This document shows, piece after piece, positions 1-12,095 of a stretch of DNA of 64,000 bases. The stretch covers positions 1,798,001 through 1,862,000 of the forward strand of contig NC_043024.1 in NCBI RefSeq assembly GCF_006345805.1, written 5' to 3'. The notes below the pieces were generated by a model. That model was not told the origin of the DNA and did no database searches. It worked only from the letters and a program-made list of their open reading frames with translations. Each line of letters starts with the position of its first letter. The stretch's first letter is position 1. Origin of the DNA: Octopus sinensis (taxonomy: Eukaryota). A program made the translations under genes and the position numbers.

Positions 1-175
1 ATAGAAAACAATATAGAATAGTTTTCTGTGTTTCGAAAATGATTTCTCTCTTATCTCCTCCACAACATTTTGGAAATTAGCCAAGTGGCAACCCTGGGAA
101 TGATTCCCTCAGGGTCAACTGAAGGTGTTTAGGTGTTACTCTGAGATTCCCAACTCAGCTAGTAACAGAAAAAGC

Positions 176-1400
176 CACACACACACAAACGCACACACAG
201 GCACACACACGCATAAATGCACACATAAATGCACACACACACACAAATGCACACACACACACTCACACACACACACACACAAACACACAAATGCACTCAT
301 ACAGATGCATACACAGACACACACACACACATAAATGCACACAAATGCACACACACACAAATGCACACACACACACACAAATGCACACACACACAAATGC
401 ACACACACACAAATGCACACACACACACACAAATGCACACACACACACAAATGCACACACACACACACAAATGCACACACACACAAATGCACACACACAC
501 AAATGCACACACACACAAATGCACACACACACACACAAATGCACACACACACAAATGCACACACACAAATGCACACACACACACAAATGCACACACACAC
601 AAATGCACACACACACCAAATGCACACACACACACAAATGCACACACACACACACAAATGCACACACACACAAATGCACACACACACAAATGCACACACA
701 CACACACAAATGCACACACACACAAATGCACACACACACAAATGCACACACACACACACAAATGCACACACACACCAAATGCACACCACACACACAAATG
801 CACACACACACACAAATGCACACACACACACACAAATGCACACACACACACAAATGCACACACACACAAATGCACAACACACACACAAATGCACACACAC
901 ACACACAAATGCACACACACACAAATGCACACACACACAAATGCACACACACACACAAATGCACACACACACAAATGCAACACACACACACAACAAATGC
1001 ACACACACACACACAAATGCACACACACACACACAAATGCACACACACACAATGCACACCACACACACAAATGCACACACACCACAAATGCACACACACA
1101 CACAATTGCACACACACACACACAAATGCACACCACACACACACAAATGCACACACACACACACAAATGCACACACACACAAATGCACACACACACACAC
1201 AATGCAACACACACAAATGCACACACACACAAATGCACACACACACACAAATGCCACACACACACAAATGCACACACACACAAATGCACAACACACACAA
1301 ATGCACACACCACACACACAAATGCACACACACACAAATGCACACACACACAAATGCACACACACACACAAATGCACACCACACACACACACACACACAT
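176..1400. repeat. Interrupted (CA)n satellite, unit approximately AAATG(CA)4-6C, ~1.2 kb
   Basis: Dozens of 'cacacacaaatgcacacac' units read directly; lies in the intron upstream of the first visible ABHD exon; explains the stop-free H/T/Q/M and C/V ORFs. Confidence 0.97.
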
Positions 1401-1502
1401 ACATATATCCACACATGCACAAAGCTACCTTTTTCCTCCCTCCAGCTTACTCTCTTTATTTCTTTTAACCTTTTCTCTTCCTCTTTGTTTCACCCTCTCC
1501 CC

Positions 1503-1548
<46 letters not shown>

Positions 1549-1600
1549 GTTTATCTTCTTTCTTTCTTTCACTCTGATTTCCTTCGTCTTCTCTTTCCAG

Positions 1601-1686
1601 CGAGCGTTGCGAACAGAATACTTGGTTTAACTGGAGGCCAACATCGAAGATGCAGCTGTCAGGAATTGAACACAAGATCTTCCAAT
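1601..1686 (+). CDS. ABHD4: ABHD4/5 exon (86 nt): ERCEQNTWFNWRPTSKMQLSGIEHKIFQ
   Basis: ctctttccag acceptor, gtaagt donor; WRPTS matches the family WCPTS motif; phase joins exon at 3869. Confidence 0.85.
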
Positions 1687-4600
1687 GTAAGTGGAAAATG
1701 GTTTTAAGGTGCACTGACATAAACACGCAGCCCTTCCTGCTTGCACACATGCACAACTCCTTGCATGCAGATGCAAGGGGGTAAGGCTGAAAAGTTCCTG
1801 GCTTTTTTGTAAAAGAAAATATAGAAAGATCAGTTAATTATGATTTTATTTAACACTAGGTGTATCGCCCGGCGTTGCTTGGGTTTGTTTCGACCCTTTA
1901 GAATTGGAATTTTTGAAAAGTAAAAGTTTTGCATTATGTAGCTTGTTATATTCTCTTTAAGTGAACATTTTTCTCGTTGAAATACACCAAAAAATGACGA
2001 CACAGTAGTCAAAAAGTCGTAAAAAATAGGGATTTTCATAGAAAAAAAAGCACCTTTTTGATGTAAATAATTTTTGGTGTTAACATGGTCCGATTTGAAT
2101 TTTTTCTTCTACGGAAGGAAGAGCAAGCCTTCTTCTATCATACTCTCAATTTTGGTCAACTTGCGCGGCAGGGTCTCGGAGGAGATAGTGTTAGTTGAAG
2201 GCTACCGAACCTGCCATACACAGACAACTTCAGCTTTATAGAGAGATATTCCCCTCTCAGATTCCCACACTTATTGCAGGGGTCCTTCAGCTTTTCTAAG
2301 CCCTGTAAAAGAATTAAGAAGGTTGAGCCTCCAACCAGGCCCTTTGCAAAACCCTTAAAGCCAGGATCTTTGCGGCACCTCCTTATACACACCTGCACAC
2401 AAGTATGACTGCTTGATTGCATATGCACGTGCAGATTTGCCTACATGCACATGTGTACTACTGCTGCATGCACACACAGATACAAGTGCTTTCTTGCCCA
2501 CACACACAGATTTTCCTACATGAAAAAACACAAACCTTCCTACATGCATTCATGCACGACTGCCTGCATGAATATGCACTTACCAGCATGCACACATGTG
2601 TAAATACCTACATGAAAACACTCTACAGTTTGCATGCACCCATGCATACGCAATTCTGCAGACATGCATCCATATGCAACAACCTACATGCATACACAGA
2701 GATATACCTACATACATGTACAAATTCCTACATGTACACAGCAACTTGCATGTATGTGCATATGTTTGACTTGCATGCATATGTACATGTGAAATTGCTT
2801 GCCTACATGCACACACACACACACCCAACTGCCTACATGAATACACAGGCTTGCCTACATGCACACATGGATACCTACATTCAAACACACAACAGTTTGC
2901 ATGCTCCTGTTTGCAAACAACTGCACACACACAATTCTGCCTGCATGCATCCATGTGCAACTATCCATATGCACATTCACAGAAATTAGCTAAACATGCA
3001 CAACTGCCTGCAAGTACCTATGCATAATGCCTCCATGCACACATAAACATACAATTGACCACATGTGCACACCATTGCTTGCATGCATGCACATGCAGAC
3101 TTGCCTTTATGCACAACTGATTGCTTTGTATATATATTATATATATATATATATATATATGTGGGTTGTTGTGTATATATTATATATACATATATATTAT
3201 ATATAATATAATAAATGAGGGAATATTATTCCAAACTTACAGGGAAAAAATTCAATTTAGAAATACTAAATCAAATTTCACAAAAAATAATACATATTAC
3301 TCTTTACTCTTTACTCTTTAATTGTTTCAGTCATTTGACTGCGGCCATGCTGGAGAGCACCGCCTTTAGTCGAGCAACTCGACCCGGGACTTTTTTATAA
3401 ACCCAGTAGTACTTATTCTATCGGTCTCTTTTGCCGAACCGCTAAGTTACGGGGACGTAAACACACCAGCACCGGTTGTCAAGCAATGCTAGGGGAACAA
3501 ACACAGATACACAAACACATACACACACACACATATATATATATATATACATACATATGTACGATGGGCTTCTTTCAGTTTCCATCTACCAAATCCACTC
3601 ACAAGGCTTTGGTCGGCCCGAGGCTATAGCAGAAGACACTTGCCCAAGGTGCCACACAGTGGGACTGAACCCGGAACCATGTGGTTGGTAAGCAACCTAC
3701 TTACCACACAGCCACTCCTGTGCCTATATATATAAATTAGAAAAAAAATGTTGCACATTACTTAATCATCGTTATATTTTTTATCTTATATTTTACACCT
3801 GTGATTCAACTAACAGGTAAGTCTATCATTCTCTCTATTGTTATATTTTCTCCCTCTTCTCTGCCCAGGTATCAAGACCAAGATGGAATCCCTGTTCGTG
3901 CCAATCAGGAACAACGAATGCCAAATCCGAACCATTGTGTTGAATCGGCACCTGGAGAAAATGCCGTTGGTCATGGTTCATGGAATGGGCGGCGGAGTCG
4001 GCATGTGGGTGCTCAACCTCGACTCTCTTGCAGAACAACGACCCGTATACGCGTTCGATGTGCTCGGCTTCGGCCGGAGTTCGCGGCCACGCTTCAGCAG
4101 CGACTCGACGGAGGCAGAGAGTCAGTTCGTCGACTCCATCGAAGAGTGGCGCGAGAAGATGCACCTCAACCGCTTCATCCTGCTCGGACACAGCCTCGGA
4201 TCCTTCATAGCCACCTCCTATGCCATCCGCCACCCGGAACGCGTGCACCACCTCATCGCTGTCGAGCCCTGGGGGTTTCCAGAGAAGCCAAGCAATGCTT
4301 CGACGCAACACCTCTCCTACTGGGCACGAGCCATCATTACTATGGCACGTCCATTCAACCCTTTTGCCGCGGTCAGAGCCGCAGGACCCTGGGGTCAGTC
4401 ACACTTCTTTCTCCTTTCTTTCTCTCCTTCCACTCTCCCTCTCTCTCTCCCTTTTTCTCTTCCTCTCTGTTTCTCTCTCTCTCCCTCCACTCTCTCCCCC
4501 ACTCCCTTTCTCTCTCTCTGTCTTCCCATCTCTTTCCCCTTTTTTGCCCTACTTTCTCTCTCTCTCTCCCTTCTTTCTCTTCCTCTCGCCCTCACCCCTC

Positions 4601-5098
4601 TCTCTCTTTCTCACCACCTCTCACTCCTCACACCACCTCTCTCACCTTCTCTCTGGTCTCTCCCTTCTTTATCTCTCTCTACCTGTCTCACCCCTCTCCA
4701 CCTCTTTCTCACCCTCCCTGTGGTCTCTCTCCACCTTGTATTAAGCATCTCTGGATTTCATCTGTTGACTATATATATATATATATATCTGTGTATGTTT
4801 GTGTGTGTGTGTGGCATGTAAAAAAGCACCCACTACACTCTCAGAGTGGTTGGTGTTAGAAAGAGCATCCAGCTGTAGAAACTTTGCCAGATCAGATTGG
4901 AGCCTGGTGCAGCCATCTGGTTCGCCAGTCCTCAGTCAAACTGTCCAACCCATGCCAGCATGGAAAGCGGACGTTAAACGATGATGATGATGTATTAGCT
5001 CTAAATGTCAAAGACTTTTCCATTCTTCCTGAGCGTCAAACTAATACACCTGCTTGTCGTTCCCTTACCTATCTTTGTCTCTTGTTTTCTGTAAATAG

Positions 5099-5141
<43 letters not shown>

Positions 5142-6674
5142 TATATATATATATTACATACACATACATATAATCTATCTATCTATATATCATCATCATC
5201 ATCCTCATCATCATCATCATTATTATTTAGCGTCCGCTTTCCATACTAGCATGGGTTGGACGGTTTGACCGGGGTCCGGGAAGCCAGGAGGCTGCACCAG
5301 GCTCCGGTCTGATCTAGCAGTGTTTCTACAGCTGGATGCCCTTCCTAACACCAACCACTCCATGAGTGTAGTGGGTGCTTTTTACGTGCCACCAGCACAG
5401 GTACCAGGCGAGGCTGGCAACGGCCACGATCGGATAGTGCTTTTTACGTGCCACCGGCACGGAGGCCAGGCGAGGCTGGCAACGGCCACGATCAGATGGT
5501 GCTTTTTACATGCTACCGGCACGGAGGCCAGTCGGGGCAGCGCTGGCAACAGCCACGTTCGGTTGGTTCTCTTATGTGCCACCGGCACTGGTATCACAGC
5601 TACAATTTCCATTGATGCTGATCGATTTTGATTTTGATTATATATGTATATATATATATATATCTGTCTTTGTATAATTCTGACCCTCCCAATTTCATTC
5701 CTTCCGTAGGTCCTGGTCTGGTGAAGAAGTTTCGCTCCGATCTCCAACACCGTTTTTCCAAACTCTTTGAAGACGACACAATTCTCAACTACCTCTACCA
5801 CTGCAATGCCCAGACACCCAGGTAAGATCAGGACCTTAAAACTAGCCAGCTTAATGAGGGATCTTCTTTCTCCTCATTGCTAAATTTGCTAGAAATAGCA
5901 GCAAAATCCCCCCTCTTCCCCCAAATATCAGCCTAAAGTCTTAAAAACACATAGGATACACATTGACACATTGCATAACATACTCTTTGAATTCTAGGCA
6001 GGAAGGTCATGTCTGGAACTACTTCAATCATGAGTTTTCTGAATCATTGTTCATTTGATAGTAACTAATAACAATAATGATTATTAAAAGGAGCCCCTAT
6101 ATGGTCAATCAGACTGCTAGAAAGAGTAACTGAATGCCCTTAAATCCCAAGTGATTGTTAAATTCCCTTCAATTATGATCTAAAGCAGGGGTTCTCATCC
6201 ATTTTTATCTATGGACCCCTTTGATTACTAAGGGTTGTTTGCTGTTGTTTTGTTGTTGTTGAAGCTAAGGGTTGTTCTCAGCAAACAACCCTTAACTTCA
6301 CACAAAATAAAAAATGCTGAAACAGGTCAGTTCATCTCAAATTCTTTGTAAACTCCTAAATATATCTCCTTCTGTGTGTATATATATACTACCAAACATG
6401 ATTTTTATTGAACTCTTTGTTTAATATTTTCTCAGATATTTCCTTGTAAACTGTTTTTAACATTTTCTTATTATTATCAAAGAGTATATATATGTATTTT
6501 AATACTTTTGTGACAACCAGTGCTTAATACAACAAAGCATTACATTACACTTTTGACAATCCTTTTCTAAAAAAGTGAAACCGGTCAAGTGAACAAACAT
6601 CTTTAAAATTGCATTTTCAAACCTTCTTTCATATATATTTCTACCCGTGCAGTACCTTACAACTTCACTTTGTT

Positions 6675-6715
<41 letters not shown>

Positions 6716-8464
6716 GACACACATATACACACATACATACATGTGGAGGCGCAATGGCCCAGTGGTTAGGGCAGCGGACTCGCGGTCGTAGGATCGCAGT
6801 TTCGATTCCCAGACCGGGTGTTGTGAGTGTTTATTGAGCGAAAACACCTAAAGCTCCACGGGGCTCCGGCAGGGGGTGGTGGCGAACCTTGCTCTACTCT
6901 TTCGCCGCAACTTTCTCTCACTCTTTCTTCTGTTGGCCTGCTCACTTAGCCAGCGGGGTGGCGTCATTTGAAGGCTAAAAACAATGCGAAGCGCATTGTG
7001 ACCAGCAATGTGTAGCAACATCTGATAGCCTGGTCGGTCACGGTGATCACGGTGATATATATATATACATACATACACGCATTTGTGGAGTGCAGATATT
7101 CCCCAACAGCTATTTGCCTAAATCAAGAAATAAAAGAATTTTTGTTTTTCCTTTCTTCTCCTCCTCCTCAGTGGTGAATCGGCATTTAGAACAATGACAA
7201 TTCCATTTGGATGGGCAAAGAACCCAATGATTCTTCGGATGACAGACCTAAACAAATCCATACCTATGACACTAATCTATGGTTCCAGATCTTGGATAAC
7301 CTCCCACACTGGTCAAGAAGTGAAATTCCTCCGCCCCGACAGCTACGTTGATGTCCAGGTCAGTAAAAACGATTGCAGTAGAGAAAGCGTCTTGTTGTGG
7401 TTGTTGTTTAACCCCCCAGCTCTAATTAAAGGCATTCCAGCCATGCCCCTCACACCTTTCATTTAGGATCTTTGTCTTGCAACTTACTTGGTGACCTCAA
7501 TAGTGACGGTGCCATGTAAAAGGGTCCCAGTCCACTCTGTAAAGTGGTAGGTATGAAGGCACGTATCCAGCTGTGAACTCTATACCAGAACAGGCAGTGG
7601 AGCTTGGTACAGTCCCTTGGCTTGACAGCTCATGCCAAACTGTCCAACCCATGCCAGCATGGAAGATGCACATTAAATGATGATGATGATATATTGAGAC
7701 CTATTGGGTCAAGTACATCAACATCAAAATAAATATCAAATGGAAATTGTAGTTGTGATACCTGTGCCGGTGGCATGTAAAAAGCACCATCCGAACGTGG
7801 CTGATGCCAGCGCCGCCTTAACTGGCTTCCGTGCTGGTGGCACGGAAAAAGCAGATGCATCACAACCGTATGTACATGACATGGTGATTTCATATCAAGA
7901 TAAACAGCTCATGACCTTGCAGGTGGGGCCCAGTTAGAATTTTCTTCTGGTCGAGTAACCCACGCCACTCAAAAGATCCCTGAATAAATGTTGTTTAAGG
8001 ACGTTGAACGAAACACCCATGTTTCCAGAGGTGAATTATTCAAACCCCAAAGAATCCCTCTCAACACATGGCTATGATGCTCCCCCACTACTTCTGATCG
8101 TGATCAGAGATGCACATATCGTCAGCCACTAAGGGACATGCTCAACTGGTTAAGGTCAAACAACTGACAAGCAAATCTGTGGTATTGAGCAGAATATTTG
8201 CTGTAGCCCATCTTTTATACCAAGACAAAACAATGTACATGATAACACTTCCAATCAGTGAAGATCAGAAGCCATGAGAGCCACTGCCTGGTACTGCATC
8301 AGGGCATTTTATTTTTATTATTATTATTATTATTACTTTTTTTTTCTTCTTTCAAATTTGCTTCCATCTCTTGTCGAGTGTCTTCCCGACTCCTAGGGCA
8401 AAGAAACTCATTATTATTATTATCATTTTTATTATTATTGTTATTATTATTATTATTATCATCA

Positions 8465-8519
<55 letters not shown>

Positions 8520-9651
8520 CATTATTATTATTATTATTGTTGTTGTTGTTATTATTAAGGTAGTGAGCTGGCAGAGCCATTAGCATGCTGGACGAAATGC
8601 TTAGTAACATTTCGTCTGTCCCTACGTTTTGAGTTCAAATTCCACCAAGGTCGACTTTACCTTTCATCCTTTCAGGGACGATAAATTAAGTACCAGTGAA
8701 ACACTGGGGTCAATGTAATCAATTCATTCCTCCCCCAAAATTTCAGGCCTTGTGCCTTTAATAGAAAGGATTATTATTATTATTATTTTGTGTATTTTTG
8801 TATGTATATGTGTGTAGGATATATTAAAAATGTATTTTTTCTTTTTCTTTTTTTTACTTTCACTATATACCATCACTATACACATACTACCTCCACCACT
8901 ACCACAACAACCACCACCATCACAAACACCACAACAACAACCACCACAACAACAACCACCACCACAACAACTACCACAACAACAACTACCACCACCACAA
9001 TGACCACCACAACAACAACTACCACCACCACAACAACCACCACAACAACAACTACCACCACCACAACCACCACCACAACAACAACTACCACCACCACAAC
9101 AACAACCACTACCACTGCCTCCAATGCAACTAAAACTACCACCTCTACTACTACCTCTACTACTACCACCAATACCACCACCACCACAACCACCACCACA
9201 ACATTCACCACAACAACTACCACCACCACAACAACCACTACCACTGCCTCCAATGCAACTAAAACTACTACCTCTACTACTGCCACCAACACCACCACCA
9301 CAACTACCACCACCACCACAACAACAACCACCACGACAACAACCACCACCACAACCACCACCACCACCACTACTACTGCCTCCAATGCAACTAAAACTAC
9401 CACCTCTACTACTACCACCAACACCACCACCACAACAACCACCACCACCACAACAACAACAACCACTACCATCTCTACTACTACCACAACTACCACCACT
9501 ACCACTAACACCACCACCACTACTACTACCATAACAGATAATCCAAGGTGCTGGACATCATGTGTATGCTGACCGCTCTGATGACTTCAACGAATTAATA
9601 ACTGAGGTTTGTAGCTTTGCTGACCAAGATGAAGGACAGGACTCGGAATAA
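1601..9651 (+). CDS. ABHD4: ABHD4/ABHD5-family hydrolase, 5'-partial: join(1601..1686,3869..4393,5710..5821,7172..7358,9538..9651)
   Basis: Phase-consistent GT-AG exons translate WRPTSKMQLSGIEHKIFQC, PLVMVHGMGGGVGMW, DVLGFGRSSRP, LLGHSLGSF, HCNAQTPSGE, GAGHHVYAD; ABHD4 vs ABHD5 orthology not resolvable, nucleophile motif is ABHD4-like. Confidence 0.93.
1856..2246 (-). mobile_element. Non-autonomous Helitron-like element (~390 bp)
   Basis: On - strand begins A|TC, ends CTAG|T, with subterminal hairpin CCCAAGCAACGCCGGG; second copy at ~34713-35062. Confidence 0.7.
2390..3120. repeat. Cryptic low-complexity repeat (tgca/taca/ttgcctacatgcac motifs)
   Basis: Recurrent degenerate motifs; gives H/T/M/C-rich spurious ORFs. 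Confidence 0.75.
3302..3722 (-). mobile_element. tRNA-derived SINE family A (~400 bp with internal AT/GT microsatellite)
   Basis: Head GCAGGAGTGGCTGTGTGGTAAG...GGTTCAGTCCC, tail GGCGGTGCTCCAGCATGGCCGCAGTCAAATGACTGAAAC; other copies ~13209-13608(+), 20321-20727(-), 31410-31722(-), 41038-41434(+), 41761-42150(+), 44975-45440(-), 59198-59568(-), 60008-60340(-). Confidence 0.9.
3869..4393 (+). CDS. ABHD4: ABHD4/5 exon (525 nt), hydrolase core with GHSLG
   Basis: ctgcccag acceptor, gtcagt donor; the track ORF 3838-4821 runs on into intronic CT repeat after PWG. Confidence 0.95.
4812..4992 (+). mobile_element. Repeat family B (retroposon with (GAT)n tail)
   Basis: GGCACGTAAAAAGCACCCACTACACTC...CCAACCCATGCCAGCATGGAAAGCGGACGTTAAACGATGATG; >12 copies, e.g. 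5205-5620(-), 21325-21600(-), 35995-36240, 38220-38445, 39280-39510, 40310-40632, 56295-56547, 61790-62070. Confidence 0.85.
5710..5821 (+). CDS. ABHD4: ABHD4/5 exon (112 nt): GPGLVKKFRSDLQHRFSKLFEDDTILNYLYHCNAQTPS
   Basis: ttccgtag acceptor, gtaaga donor; YxYHCNAQTPSGE family motif. Confidence 0.93.
6745..7054 (+). mobile_element. tRNA-derived SINE family D
   Basis: A/B-box-like head GGCCCAGTGGTTAGG...GTTTCGATTCCC; copies on - at ~17780-18085 and 46312-46472. Confidence 0.8.
7172..7358 (+). CDS. ABHD4: ABHD4/5 exon (187 nt): GESAFRTMTIPFGWAKNPM...PMTLIYGSRSWI...YVDVQ
   Basis: ctcctcag acceptor, gtcagt donor; family motifs FGWAKxPM and IYGxxSW. Confidence 0.93.
8320..8556. repeat. (ATT)n microsatellites
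   Basis: Direct reading; source of poly-L/I/N ORFs. Confidence 0.95.
8870..9535. repeat. (ACC/ACA/ACT)n trinucleotide tract with 3x higher-order unit ACTGCCTCCAATGCAACTAAAACTAC
   Basis: Direct reading; lies in the last ABHD intron up to the acceptor. Confidence 0.95.
9538..9651 (+). CDS. ABHD4: ABHD4/5 last coding exon: IIQGAGHHVYADRSDDFNELITEVCSFADQDEGQDSE*
   Basis: aacag acceptor, phase 0; catalytic His and HX4D motif (HHVYAD); TAA at 9649-9651. Confidence 0.92.
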   Translation: MIQGAGHHVYADRSDDFNELITEVCSFADQDEGQDSE

Positions 9652-10102
9652 CAACAAAAACCCCCAAAAAACAAACCCCTCTGGACATTTGAGAGGGGAC
9701 AGCAATAATAAGACACTGGACAATATACCAAGACGACCCCCTGCATCGAAGACCCGCGCAGAATCGGCCGATATTAACCTTTGAATGTGTTTCTCTGATG
9801 ATGATGATGGCTCTTGGCTCGAATCATCCGAATATTTGTCTCCTTGTCCCCTTGTCTCCCCTGTGACATAAAACTCTAAACCAAATTCGTGGACCTCAAA
9901 CAACATCAGCAATAGAAGGCCTCCCTGGTGAACCCCTTCCGCGTCAGGAATCGCAGTCTGTCTCTTAACAAGACATTAAATATTGTCCTGGGACTTTGTG
10001 TGTGTGTGTGTCTGTGTGTGCGTGTGGTGGGGCCTAGTTTTTTGTGTGGTCCCTTTTCAGTTTCCGTCAATCAACTCTTTATCAATATACAGTCTACTGC
10101 TG

Positions 10103-10500
10103 CTTTTGTCTTTCGTTTTCATCAATCATATGTCTACTGAATGCCTTTTATCACTCTTCATCATTCATCAGTCTGTGTACATTTGTCTACTTCATTACCT
10201 CCTTTGTCCTTTTTTTCATCAATCATATGTCTACTGAATGCATTTTATCACTCTTCATCATTCATCAGTCTGTGTACATTTGTCTACTTCATTATTTCTT
10301 TTGTCTTTTGTTTTATCAATCATATGTCTACTGAATGCATTTTATCACTCTTCATCATTCATTAGTCTGTGTACATTTGTCTACTTCATTATCTCTTTTG
10401 TCTTTTTTTTCATCAATCATATGTCTACTGAATGCCTTTTATCACTCTTCATCATTCATTAGTCTGTGTACATTTGTCTACTTCATTATCTCTTTCCACT
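10103..10500. repeat. 97-bp minisatellite, ~4 copies, decaying into related TCA-rich sequence to ~11200
   Basis: catcaatcatatgtctactgaatgc recurs every 97 bp (also seen in ORF starts 10044, 10141, 10238, 10335). Confidence 0.92.
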
Positions 10501-11353
10501 TTCTTTCTACTTTTTCACCACTCTTCTGCACTCATCAGTCATATGCCTCCTGATTATTTTTTCATCACTCTTCTGTATCCATCATTGAATTATGTCTCCT
10601 GACTTCTTTTTCATCAATCATATACCTCCCAACTACTTTTTCATCAGTCTTCTGCCTTTATCATTCAGTCATGCCTCTCAACTAATCTTTCATCACTCAA
10701 TCATGTCTTCTGACTGCTTTTTCACCACTTTTCTATCTTCATCAATCATATATCTCCCAACTACTTTTTCATCACTCTTCTGTCTCATCAATCTGTCTAC
10801 TTTTCATTTCTCTTCTATCTTCATCAGTCATCTGTCTTAAACAATTACCCGTCTTCATTTCCTTCTCTCTCTTCACGTGTCTTCTTTTTACTTTACCATC
10901 AGTCTTCCATTCATTAATCATCTCCCTTGTGTCTACCTTCTCATCAGTCTTCTGTGTTTATTAACCATCTGTCTCAGATCTACTTTTTCATCAATCCTTT
11001 GTCTTCACCATGACTTCATCTGTCTTCATCAATCATGTTTCTTTTTACCATCATCAACCATCAATCAACTACTTCACACCTATTTTCTAATTCTTCTTCA
11101 CTCTTCCATCCGTCTTCTGTCTTTTGTCATCAACTTATTAATCATCTTCATTTAGTCTTCACAAATCATCAATCACCTTCACTCTTCACTCATTGTCTTT
11201 GGCTTTCTTTCCTCCTCACAATAGTTTCCCCTGATTTACTGATGTTGTGGTGTTCAACACAGGCCACGTTTACAATTTTATTTTTATTTACTTTTCAAAT
11301 TACCTTTTTATTTATTTTATTTTCTTTTATACTTTGTCTTTTGTTTTCACTTT

Positions 11354-11406
<53 letters not shown>

Positions 11407-11565
11407 GAGTGTGTATGTGTGTGTGTGTCATTTTTTTTTTGTTTTGTTTCTTTGAGGTCCCTACATCACTTTTCTTTCATTATTTTCAAAAACGAAAAAA
11501 AGTAAGCAAACAAAAATAAATAAACAAACCATTTGTCAGCGCCAACTCAGTCATATTATTATCAA

Positions 11566-11616
<51 letters not shown>

Positions 11617-11715
11617 ACAATCTCTATTTTATTACATCTCACAATCATGTTCCTTTTATTGTGCATTTACCTTCGTGAAGGGTTATGTCAGTCTTAATAG
11701 ATTATTATTATTATT

Positions 11716-11750
<35 letters not shown>

Positions 11751-11871
11751 CATTCAATAATAATAACGTTGGAAGTTCACAACAACGTGAACTTCCAACC
11801 TGTTGTTTCTTGAGGTCTCTGGGTGAGACTTGGAGCCAACTTGTACAAATATAAAGCAAAAGTCAAACATA

Positions 11872-11932
<61 letters not shown>

Positions 11933-12056
11933 TCCACTGAGGTCGACTTCATCCTTTCGGAATCGATAAATTAAGTACCAGTGAAACGCTGGGGGTCGAT
12001 GTAATTCACTAGTCCCCTCCCCCAAAATTTTAGGCCGTGTGCCTTCAGTAGAAAGG

Positions 12057-12095
<39 letters not shown>

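Noticed and set aside
125-1707. Long 370-490 aa ORFs (C/V- and H/T-rich)
   Set aside because: Translations of the CA/AAATG satellite; no domain content
4394-4859. C-terminal extension of the 327-aa and 352-aa ORFs
   Set aside because: Read-through past the donor at 4394 into intronic CT repeat
6745-6820. tRNA-like heads (also 30270-30330, 32310-32380, 36710-36775)
   Set aside because: A/B-box remnants without a full cloverleaf; SINE heads, not tRNA genes
8240-8310. Faint 5S rRNA-like stretch (GATCAGAAGCCATG...GCCTGGTAC)
   Set aside because: Similarity too low and gapped; probably part of an unclassified repeat with one copy in the window
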